From Squalus acanthias (taxonomy: Eukaryota), in the NCBI GenBank assembly GCA_030390025.1, contig CM059432.1, positions 130,388,001-130,452,000 on the forward strand: a DNA stretch of 64,000 nucleotides. Reading direction: 5' to 3'. The position numbers and the translations under genes were made by a program. Of the stretch, positions 38,268-49,942 are shown in pieces. A model generated the notes under the pieces. The model saw nothing but the letters and a program-made list of their open reading frames with translations. It did not search any database and had not been told where the DNA came from. Position 1 is the first letter of the stretch; every line of letters starts with the position of its first letter.

Positions 38268-39835
38268 TTTCAAATAAAACTGTTGGACTATAACCTGGTG
38301 TTGTGCGACCTCTCAATTTTGACATACAACATGCAGCCAGCACTCCTACATTGGCTACTAAAGTCCAACACTGTGGCCCTGGCAGTCCCAACGCGCAGGT
38401 CCAGAACACCAGAAAATTATACAAGTGAGCTGACCTCACATTATGTGGCCATGTGGCATTTGCGCGCAGGACAGTCAGTCCCGTAACATTCTGCTTCACA
38501 TTGTTTTTTATTAAATTGGAAATTGAACATATTTAGATTTAAAAACTGATTTACTGTGTTAGCACAAAATTGCAACCAAAATGTGCTATTACTGAATTAA
38601 GTTTTTCCAGAAACTTACACTATTCCTCCAGTATTCACCATTGCATTAAGTGGGTTCCACCAGCCATGTAAAAGAGTTGGAATATAATTTTACTAGATAA
38701 TTGTAAACGAAAGTTAGCAATGACGCAGTTAATTTTGCACCACTGAGCGCATCCATGTTAATTTTTTTAAACGGAAAGAAACAGCCCAGTGAAAACTCTA
38801 CTGCAGCGTTAGACAATATAGTGGGCTTCATACCTGCTGAAGCACAGACTTTTCTACTTATCAAAATGGTAACTAATGTGATGTCTGTTTTCAAAGTAGA
38901 GTGTTTGAGGAAGCGATGCTCCCTGGAAACTCCCAGAAAGGGCAAAGATATTCATTTCACAGTCCAAATAGGTTCATCCGCTCACAGTATAGTAGTCGCA
39001 ATGCAATTGCCATGCAATCACTTCATATCAGTTGTCAGTGCTGGTATGAACCAATATTCAAACTTGAGAGAGTATTCTCACAAAGTTCAATATCCTTTCA
39101 AGTTTCACAATCCCATAACTGATCCAATCCAGATCCACAAGCCAGACTCGCTGTAAGGATCATTCACTTACTGCTTTGCCCCACGTACACAGTAATTTGT
39201 GTATTATGAACAATATAAGCCAAGAATAACTGCAATAAAATGCCTAAAAAACAGAAGTTGGAAAATTGTGTATCTATTCAAAACCAATTTCATGACACAA
39301 GGAACCAGTATATTTCCTCTGTTACGTGGAAGGGCCACGGGAACCTTTTTTAACATTAAATCATGTAATTTCCACCTTTCCAGTTCCACTTGGGAGTATT
39401 TCTACCCAACTTCCTGTTCTCTGGACAGTCATTTGATAGTCTAAACCTTATCAAACCATAAACACTCAAAAGCTCAGCCCCTTTTTCCACAGATGTGGTT
39501 ACGAAATACTTTGCATGTTCCGACTGAAACGAAACACTTGGTTCTTAGTATTATTTCCCAACACACCGTTGGAGAAGTTTTGTTTCATATAAAAGGAAAT
39601 GATCAGATGCAAACTCTACTTCAGAGGAAAATTAACCCTGCTTTTCTGCAGGTATGGCTGTGAGGTCAGGAGCAGAGTTCACCAGTGCCTGCTCTGCCGC
39701 ACTTACACCAGCAGAGCAGACCCCATCATTTTTCTATTCACCTACTGAGCGGAGGCATGCTAAATGGTGCCACTAATACTGATACTTGCTTCCAATATAC
39801 CCAAAGTAAAACTTAGCCCTGAAATGAGTGAAAAG

Positions 39836-39946
39836 AAAGAAAGACTTGCATTTCTATAGCGCCTTTCACGACCACCGGACGTCTCAAAGCGCTTTACAGC
39901 CAATGAAGTACTTTTGAAGTGTAGTCACTGTTGTAATGTGGGAAAT
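39836..39946 (-). mobile_element. DeuSINE-like 3' tail fragment
   Basis: Nearly identical to about 18755-18860. Confidence 0.7.
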
Positions 39947-42900
39947 GAAGGCAAATAATAGTTTATGGTTTTGCTGGAGGTTATAAGATACTTGCACAGT
40001 TGAATTTCTTTGCAACGATTTACACAATTTTCACTTCCTGTATTTTAAAAAAAAGGCACTAATATACAGTATTGTGATGTCTAAAAAATCTACCTTGAAG
40101 TGAAACATTTAGGGGGAGATGCCATAAAATTTCATATAAAGTGAATTTTATTTGTTCAACTGGTAAAGAAAACATTATGACACATCAAACAATACAATGG
40201 TTATCAAGCCTTACTGTCTGGTAACCATGGTTACTGATCTTTGTTGCTCATAACAAAACTTTTATCATCTCAATAAATCCAGGTGATGCAACTACCAGAG
40301 CTTGCTGCTGCACGACAATAACCTTTTTGAAGATACCTGAAAGCTCTGATAATCCATGCCTTTGATTATCGGTGCTCAAGTTCTCTAACTGAGATTAGTA
40401 GGCACTTAAAAGATGATTATATTTATAGTAATACTAGTTAAACTCTCTTGGCACTGCACACAGTAAGTCGGAGAATGTGGCCACTCTTGCACCTGTTCCT
40501 GATGTCTTTGTGCTGTTGCTTCCTCTGTCTCTTCTCTCTCTCCTCTGCTGGTTCGCTCCTCTTAACTCTTTTTGCTACTCTCTCTGTCCTCTTTGGCTTC
40601 TGTCTTTTTCTTTTCTTTCCTTTCAGTTGGGAGGTCATGGGTGATGTGCCATAGTATGGCAGGGGAAAGGAGCCGCAAATGGCTACAGGCTGCATTTGAG
40701 GTTGAGGTTGCAGGGGAAATGTGGCCTTGAGCGGCTCCATTCCCAATCTCTTGTCCTTCCACTACTGCCTCACTCCTATTGCATCCCTTACCTCTTCATC
40801 TTCCCACTACCTGTTCCCTTGCTTTTCACACCCCCTCACTACCTCTTCCCACTTTGAAGTGAACCCTCAACCCCTTAAATCCTCCCTTGCTCTGCTGTCA
40901 CTCACTTCACCTTTAACCTTCCATCCATTCTCTCCTATGAAGGGTCGGTGCCATGAGGCCAGATACCCCTCAGCTGTAACGAATTTCCCTCCGACCTTTT
41001 TCCCTTAGGAGACTTACTTTGCTTTGAAAATGTAACTTAAAAAAAATTAAATTACAATGAGGAAAGAAACTCCTACCCGTTTCTCTCTCTCTCCCTCCCC
41101 CATCTCATGCGTTAGAAATTATAACCTTTGTCTAACAAGTGTACGGAATTAAAATTGACCTCTGTTTACGGTCAACAAATGCAGGTGGAGATAATCAGTT
41201 GATTTCAAAATTCAACTGCTTTCTTTTCTAAAAGTGAAGTATTAAATGAAGACACTCTCAGTTTAGTACACTTGTTAAAGCATATAGAACACAATATTGC
41301 ACACAGGCAGCCTCACCTGAAAAGTATCTCATCACGAGTGAACAGTGCTAATGCATCTTGGGAAATCTGGTACTCAGAGTCTCAGCTCTGGCAAAAATAT
41401 CAAGGCTCAGCCAGGCTTTTGGGAGAGGCTGAGGCCTTCAAGTAAATACTTTAATGAAGGTGTTAGAAGATAATTCAAGGAATAAATGTAGTCATGTTAT
41501 TGTGAAGTAAGTCTTTTTAAATTTATTTTGTTTAAACCCTTATTTTGGACATCAGAAGTTTCAGTTAGAGAAAAAAAAATGGCAATTAAAAAAATGTTCA
41601 GAAAGCATTTTGTAGAAATCTGGTGGCCAGATTGCACAATCACAGGGCTATATACTCTTGTATTAAAATAGCAATTATTGTGTGTCACACAGTGTGACAC
41701 CTTTAATATTGAAAAATACCCAACATAGTGCTACCTACAGATGTAACCGGCACTGCAGGTATTGCAACGAGCTTTCAATGTCATGCTCAACCCAAGTATC
41801 GAATTTAATATATAAAAGATGTTCAGTCAAAGAACATAAAATTCAAAAATACACAATACAGTGTCCAAAGTTCTCAATAATCTATGACATAATATAGTAA
41901 TTTGATTGCTGGTTTTTGGCGACTACAATGATTGTTGGCTCTTCAGCAGCTTAAATGCACCGTGGTTGCTATAATGGCAAAAACACAACATTTCTTACCA
42001 AAAGGTTGCTTTCCGATGGCCATTAAAAGTAGTTTGTCAAAGAGATGTCCGTATCCTGGCATATCGGAGAATCTCCAAGTAAATCCCTTCAAAAGGGACC
42101 ACTCACATCACAGCGAGTATTAAACTCTCTGGCACACAGGCTATCTCACCTGGCCATACAGCCTATATTAGCATGAAACCCATCGCTTAGAAGAGAACTA
42201 AATTCTCCACCAAGGAAACCATAACCTAACATAATTTGCGAAATGATTCAGAATAAAGCAGACAGAAATGGTAAACTCAAAAATTATTTAGAATAGCTAT
42301 AACAACTGAGTAACTTCACTGAAACACGACACTGTGCGCAATATTCAAATTAACTTATTTCATTAAAACGATACACAACAAATTAGAGGATAACATGAGT
42401 CAAATACTCCAAAAATTCAAATTGTACAACAGCAACAAAATATATGTGAACTAAGGAGGCATGTTTTGGGGATCATCTTCCATCAAAAGTAATATAGCTA
42501 TATCTCTTTGAACAGGACGTAAAGTGAGCTAACTGAATTTTGAAATTGACTATCGTACAGCTCCCTTTAAGAACAAATGAGAACAGAATACCTAGATTCC
42601 AACTTACTCCCATCTTCCATATTACTAAACATTGTTTCTGTGATATTGTAATAGTGCTTTATTGTAGAGAATCTCTACCATTGCAGATTGGTCTATGGTA
42701 ACCACTCTTCCAGCCTTGCGTGCACACATTTACCCACCGCTCCGTCGACACCAGACAAGACCTTTTTCCATGCTCCGTGGTCACTTTTTCAGGCACTGCA
42801 CTCCTACCCTGTGAAACGCTCTTCCCAAATCCCTCCTCGTCAACTCCCTCTGCCTTCTAAAAGCTTTTTAAAACCCTTTCTGCGGCTGTGCTTTTGTCCC

Positions 42901-43223
42901 CCCAACCCAACCCTCTTCCATTTTCCCCTTAACCCTGCTGCTCAGCTTCTAGGTTTTTCCTCCTCAAATTGTAAAGCACTTTGACACTTCTTCCTGCCTG
43001 TGAGGAGACTAGAAATACAAGCTGCTCCAGCTCTGGCTCAGCTCCCTCCTTTCCAACGAAGTACGAGTTAACTGTTCCCTCCCACTAAAGCCCACCGAGT
43101 AAGTCAGCTCCAGCGCCATTCTCTCCGCTTGTAGTAGTTGTAGGAGCGGCTCCACTCCTGCTGCACGTCCCACCTCCAAGTTCCGCTGACTAAATCAGCA
43201 GTACAGTTGCAGACTGGGAGCTC

Positions 43224-45078
43224 AACAACAACAACTTGCATTTATATAGCACCTTTAACATAGTAAAATGTCCCAAGATGCTTGACAGGAGCGTTATCAA
43301 GCAAAATTTGACACACAGCCACTTAAGGAGTTATTAGGACAGATCACCAAAAGCTTGAACAAAGAGGTAGGTTTTAAGGAGCGTCTTAAAAGGAGGAGGG
43401 AGAGGTAAAGAGGTTTAGGGAGGGAATTCCAAAGCTTAAGGCCATGGCAGCTGAAGGCACTGCCGCCAATGGTGGAGTGATTCAAATCGGGGATGCACAA
43501 GAGGCCGGAACTGGAGGAGCGCAGAGATCTTGAAGGTTTGTAGGGCTGGAGGATGCTACAGAGATAGGGAGGGGTGAGGTCATGGAGGGATTTGAAAACC
43601 AGGATGAGAATTTTAAAATTGAGGTGTTGCTGGACCGGGAGCCAATGTAGGACAGCAAGCACAGGGGTGATTGGTGAATGGGACTTGATGCTAGTTAGGA
43701 TATGGGCAACAGAGATTTTGACGAACTCAAGTTTATGGAGGGTGGAAGATGGAAGGCCGGCCAAGAGAGCATTAGTCAAGTCTGGAGATAACAAAGGCAT
43801 GGATGAGGGTTTCAGCAGCAGATGAGCAGAGGCAGGGGTGGAGTTGGGTAATGTTATGGAGCTGAAAGTAGGTGGTCTTGGTGATTAAGCAGATATGCGG
43901 AAGCTCATCTCGGTGTCAAATACGACACCAAGGTTGTGAACTGCCAGGGAGCGGGATGGAGTCGGTGGCTAGGGAACGGAGTTTGTGACGGGGACCGAAG
44001 ACAAAGGCTTCGGTCTTCCCAATATTTAATTGGAGGAAATTTCTGCTGATCCAGTACTGGATGTCGGACAAGCAGTCTGACAAATAAGAGACTGTGGAGG
44101 GGTTGAGAGAGGTGATGGTGAGGTAGAGCGGCGTGTCGTCAGCATACATGTGGAACCTGACATTGTGTTTAGGGATGATGTCGCCAAGGGGCAGCATGTA
44201 GATGAGAAATAGGAAGGGTCCAAGGATAGATCCTTGGGGAACTCCAGAGGTAATGGTGTAGGAGTAGGAAACCAAGCCATTGCAGGTGATTCTCTTGGTA
44301 CGACTGGATAGATAAGAATGGAACCAGGCGAGGGCAGTCCCACCCAGATGGACGACAGAGGTGAGGCGTTTGAGGAGGATGGTTTGGTCAACCATGTCAA
44401 AGGCTGCAGACAGGTCAAGAAGGACGAGGAGGGATAGTTTATCTTTGTCACAGTCATGTAGGATGTCATTTGTGACTTTGATAAGGGCCATTTCACTGTG
44501 GCAAGGGTGGAAACCCGCTTGGGGGAATTCAAACATGGAGTTGCGGGAAAAATGGGCACGATTTGGGAGGCGACAACACGTTCACGGACTTTGGAGAGAA
44601 AAGGGAGGTTGGAGATGGGGTGGCAGTTTGCAAGGATGGAGGGGTGAAGGGTGGGGTTTTTTTTGAGAGGGGTGATGATGGCAGACTTGAAGGAGAGGGG
44701 GACAATACCCGAGAAGAGGGAACCGTTAACAGTATCAGCTAACATGAGGGTCAGGAAGGGAAGTTGGGTTCTCAGCGGTTTAGTGGGAATAGGGTTGAGG
44801 GAGCAGGAGGTAGGTCTTATGGACAAGATGAGTTCGGAGAGGGAATGAGGGGAGATAGGAGAGAAACTAGGGAAAGATCTAAGTTCAGGGCTAGGGCGGG
44901 GGGAACCTATGGGGAAGCGGTAGAAGCAGCTGAATGAATGGTCTCAACCTTTGTGACAAAGAAGTCCATGAGCTCCTCGCACTTGTTGTTGGAGGCGAGG
45001 GTGGAGGAGGCAGGGAATAGGGGTTTAAGAAGACAGTTTGTAGTGGAGAACAGAAGCCAGAGGTTATCTTTGCATCTC
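43224..45078 (-). mobile_element. L2 LINE, 5'-truncated
   Basis: LLVLLDLSAAFD, GVPQGSILGP, FHMYADDT, HSPITPVLAVLHWLPV and LWNSLP; tail gctatataaatgcaagttgttgttgtt. Confidence 0.93.
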
Positions 45079-46628
45079 AAGTTTGAAGTGGGAAGACAGA
45101 CTCATTCAACTTACTGACTGGCAGAGCCACAGCTTCTAAATATTAAAGCACAGAAGCAGCAGATTGGCAAATCAGCTGATCAGTCCCAATGCTGACTGAG
45201 CCTGTGTACCCTCTTAAACAGTGCGTCAACAGGAGCATTCTGCTGTATTTTCAACTTGGACATGGGCAACACTCCCCCAGTCACAGACAGATCAGATGAG
45301 AATGAGTCCTTCTGCATTCCTCCCATGCCTCCTTTACAGCACTTGCTCTCGGCTGTACTCCACACCTTTGCTACTCCAACTTCAACATCTGCTGCAGTGC
45401 TGGTGCGCTGCATCTTCATGCTTCCAGGCTGAAAATTTCCAGCTTTGAGCCACAAGCCCATCCACAGTTCTTTCCACTTTCCGGTCTTGGACCAATGACA
45501 GCTCTGCTCCAGGCCCCAGCTCATGTCCCCAGTTTCTTTCTCACCCACCCGTGTTCCTTTAGCTCGCAGACAATACACTACCAGTCATGACATCAGAAGG
45601 ACGCCATCTGGCTTAAGGTAACTCGAGATCAACTGCTCCCTTGCAGGGAAAAACCCAGTTCTTCCCCCTAACCCTTGGCTGTTTCCCAAGACAAACTGTG
45701 GTATCCCCCAATCCTCCTGGGCAGAGCCTTTACTAACAGTTTCTCTCAAACATATGCTGATTGCATCAACTCCTGAATGGCTACTTAGGTCACCCCTGGC
45801 CTCTCCCTGCCTAGCCCCAAAAATCCACCTCTGACCATATTGGGTATCATCTTGCTGCATATCTGACCTTTTAACAAATGCAAACTATACAAATTAAACC
45901 AGCAAAGGAATGCATAAGATACATAGAGAACAGTGGGAGGCTTGTAGAAGGATGAAATGGAAGAGAACAATGTACAAAAACAGCAAGTCAGACAAAAACA
46001 GAGAAAGGGAATCAAAGAATTGGAGAATGGGAGAGGGAGAGGAGAAAATCTTTTTTATTTTAGAACAATTTTCCAGAATAGAACTACATTCCTGTATGTG
46101 TAAAAGCCGTTTCATACCACTGACAAAACCCCAAACAAAATTATTCATCAACATACAACTCATTCTAACCAAGGCAACGCATCACCAGTTGTTAGACAAC
46201 ATCACAATGTGCGTCATATAAATAAGCCAAATAACAATTTTAAAACACACCCTTTTTCTACTATTGTCGTTGAAGTCATCGTTGTACAGCACATTCCATT
46301 TTAGGCATCTATTTATTGCAGGCCATCACATAACTATTTTCTGACAAGTTATTAGGAATGTTAGTGGAAATTATAGTATATTACTCATTGGGTGTGCTAA
46401 CCTAACTGCAAGAATGACCTTTAAAACCGTTCAAGTAAATTTCAATGTAGGTTGCAGCACTATGTAAAAATGGACATTTAAATTTGCACATGCAAAAATA
46501 AGTAAATCCTAAATCTACTTTACATAAATGTCAATGCACAAGGCGCTCCTTTAGCACTTTGGAAATCCGTGCAAGTCATGTTTGTCACTTGGTGAACCTC
46601 CATGTAAGTTTTGCACCAGCGTTTAGAA

Positions 46629-46790
46629 AAACAGAGTTCACGTTTCAGGTCGATGAGTTCTGATGAAATGTCATCGACCTGAAATGTTAAAACTCTGTTT
46701 CTCTCTCCACAGATGCTGCCTGATCTACTGAGTATTTCCAGAATTTTCTGTTTTTATTTCAGATTTCCAGCATCTGCAGTATTTTGCTTT
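46629..46790 (+). mobile_element. Non-coding PLE family B tail element with short inverted 5' arm and hammerhead motif
   Basis: aaacagagttcacgtttcaggtcgatga is the inverse of 46671-46700; then gagtt-CTGATGA-a-atgtc-atc-gacct-GAAA-tgtt and the tail ctctccacagatgctgcc...ttccagcatctgcag. Confidence 0.78.
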
Positions 46791-48587
46791 TATATTCCTT
46801 AAGTTATTGGTTGCAAATTGACTACTGGATGTACATGAATTTTGAACATAAAGTTATTCTATTGATGTTGGGGGGAAGGTCTGTAAAGACCAGCAATGCA
46901 AAAATGTACTGCTGCCCAGTACGCACGGGCAGGCAAGTCAGTTGGCCAACTGCAAGGTCCAAGCCATTGAATCCAACTCCAAATCATTAGTAGGAGCTAC
47001 TTAGCTTTGCTGTCACTGGCAATTTCCACTGACAGCACCTACAACGCGCGCCCACCACCACCACCCCCCGCCTCCTCCTCTCCACTCAAGGAGCTAACTC
47101 TGCAGTATAAAGGGAGATTACTGTGCTAGCATAAAAAATGTGAAGTTCCAGTTTTAAATATTCATTCCCATGACGTGAGCATTGTGTATACGCAGCTCTG
47201 CACAAGTAATTCTATTTACATACAAATGCATAATAATGAAATGTTAATGCAACAAATCTGTTTGTGTGCAAATTAGGCAGAGATTAATGCAAAAATCTAT
47301 GACTATGTTAATGAAAATGTTATAACAACAATATCATTATAGTTGTACCTTAAGCATATGTGAGGATTTGCCTCATTTCTTTAGAACTCAAAACCTAGCA
47401 CTCGACGTATACCAGTACTATTCAGTAACAGCTCAAGACCTATTTCATGTCTGTGTGACAGCATCCTTTTTTTTTGTAATCACTGCCTACTGTTTAAACA
47501 TAATTTTATATGTATTTGATATAGCTGCATATCAATCACCATTAGCCTATTTTTAAAACATTTTTACATAAACAGCGAGTACTGCCCCCTGCTGGAACTG
47601 AACTACAGAACCTGAAACCAAGAGGAAACTCAGTACCAGTAGATAGAGTCATACAGCATTGTTTTCCATGTTCTGCATCAGCATGTGCCTGTTAAACCTG
47701 CTCCCTCAAACGGTTGTGCTCAGTACCTCCTTCAAAGCAATGATAAAATGGAATGAAAGTAAGTATCGTTTCATTGGTTTTAACCGGTAAATGTGCTAAC
47801 ATATATTGGGTTTGAATGAGCAGAAGCATTATTATAAATTGATTGCCAACACTGGCTCCAGCAGCTGAAAAGCACTGAACAGAGATGGAATGGCACACTA
47901 ACACAAAGGGAATCTGCTATGTAATATAGAGCGCTCATAATGGAACACCCAACAAGAGTCGACTTCTCCACAGCTACATCTTTGCTCCTCATTTCCCAGA
48001 GCAACTGTCTTGTTGTTTCGTTTTTGTTTACTTTTTAATGCCAAAGGCTATTTCAACCTCTTGCATACAGGATATACAGGAATAGAATCAAACCTTATAT
48101 AGATATCATAGATCTACGCCCAGTCAAAAGGAGCGTGGGAAAGTGGTTATGTGGAGAAGAATTTAAATTGAAAAACAAGGCCCAGTACACCTTCAGTGAA
48201 TAAACAATTTTTCCACTTGATTTTGTTTCTTTCATATACCAGGAATAACTCTCCCTATGTAGTATGTCCCCTTCTCCTCCAAAACATTGAAGCTGCTGCC
48301 AAATCTCACTGCAGCAAACATTTTAGACTATTTTCTTTTTGCTACTTTGCTGTATACTAAAACTGTAACATATACCTTGGGTTTTGCTGCTAGGTTACTG
48401 CCAGTTTTTGGACACTTATTCATTCTGCAGTGGTCAGTGTGGGATTTCCTTTCTGAATACCCATATACTGTATTTGACTTTCATGGTGGAAGAGGAGCAG
48501 AAACAGATAGGCTGGTCAGGCTATACAGAAGGCAAATGGCACCCAACTACCAGAATCTACAAATCATGCCATTCCTATACGTACCTC

Positions 48588-49942
48588 ACCCATCAAAGAC
48601 GGACACCTCAGCACTTCACTCTACCGCAAGCCCACGGACAACCTCACGATGCTCCACTTCTCCAGCTTCCACCCTAACCACGTTAAAGAAGCCATCCCCT
48701 ATGGACAAGCCCTGCGAATACACAGGATCTGCTCAGACGAGGAGGAACGCTATGGACACCTACGGACACTGAAAGACGCCCTCGTAAGAACGGGATATGA
48801 CGCTCGACTCGTCAATCGACAGTTCCGACGGACCACAGCGAAAAATCGCATAGACCTCCTCAGAAGACAAACACAGGACACAACCAACAGAGTACCCTAC
48901 GTCATCCAGTACTTCCCCGGAGCGGAGAAACTACGCCATGTTCTTCGCAGCCTTCAACATGTCATCGATGACGACGAACACCTCGCTAAGGCCATCCCCA
49001 CGCCTCCACTACTCGCCTTCAAACAGCCACCTAACCTCAAACAGACCATCGTTCGCAGCAAATTACCCAGCTTTCAGGAGAACAGCGACCACGACACCAC
49101 ACAACCCTGCCACGGCAACCTCTGCAAGACACGCCAGATCATCAACACAGATACCATCATCACACGTGAGGACACCACCCACCAGGTACATGGTACATAC
49201 TCATGTGACTCGGCCAACGTTGTCTACCTCATACGTTGCAGGAAAGGATGCCCCAGAGCATGGTACATCGGCGAGACCATGCAGACACTGCGACAACGTA
49301 TGAACGGACACCGCGCAACAATCACCAGGCAGGAGTGTTCCCTCCCAGTCGGGGAACACTTCAGCAGTCAAGGACATTCAGCCTCCGATCTTCGGGTAAG
49401 CGTTCTCCAAGGCGGCCTTCGAGACACACGACAACGCAAAATCATCGAGCAGAAACTGATAGCCAAGTTCCGCACCCATGAGGACGGCCTCAACCGGGAT
49501 CTTGGGTTCATGTCACGCTACATGTAACCCCACTTGACGTAGAGTCATCCAGACTCGAGTCGTCGTTGGCTTGTTCTCTCTACACAGATGCGGCCGGACC
49601 TGCTTTGATTTCCAGCAAAAAAAGTTTTTTGTTTTCCATACAGACCCCAGCAACTGCCACATTTGACCCCTTGTGAGCCCACCTCATTGTCTTTGATGTA
49701 ATGTTTTCCTGACTTACCTGTTTGGACATCATCCACACCTTTGATTGCCATGATTATCTCTCTGCCGAGGTGTGATAAAGGGCAGTTAGAAAGATTAACT
49801 GTAATCATCTGGCAGTGTTCTCTGACTGTATATGCTGTGCCTATATGCATCTCTTCACTCCTGACGAAGGAGTAGCGCTCCGAAAGCTTGTGATTTCAAA
49901 TAAAGCTGTTGGGACTATAACCTGGTGTTGTGCGACTTCTCA
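48588..49942 (+). mobile_element. Penelope-like element (family A), 5'-truncated
   Basis: ORF 48649-49527 (292 aa) has HPNHVKEAIPYGQALRIHRICSD and a GIY-YIG domain; ctcac occurs at both junctions. Confidence 0.95.
49855..49893 (+). ncRNA. Minimal hammerhead motif (stem I slightly degenerate)
   Basis: tcactc-CTGACGA-a-GGAGT-agc-GCTCC-GAA-AGCT-T-gtga. Confidence 0.68.

Larger units (their letters stand above)
36732..38319. mobile_element. Head-to-head palindromic Penelope-like insertion (family A) with 14-bp TSD
   Basis: Arms 36764-37530 and 37555-38321 are reverse complements; TSD tgacatacaacatg at 36718-36731 and 38320-38333; GIY-YIG ORF ends on both strands. Confidence 0.95.

Noticed and set aside
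40438..41008. Lys/Arg-rich ORF in CT-rich sequence
   Set aside because: Low complexity with no recognisable domain; possibly a decayed repeat.
29979..42086. Candidate minus-strand exons (29979-30025, 38834-38922, 41999-42086) with plausible splice signals
   Set aside because: Phases do not chain into a consistent ORF and the peptides are unrecognised.
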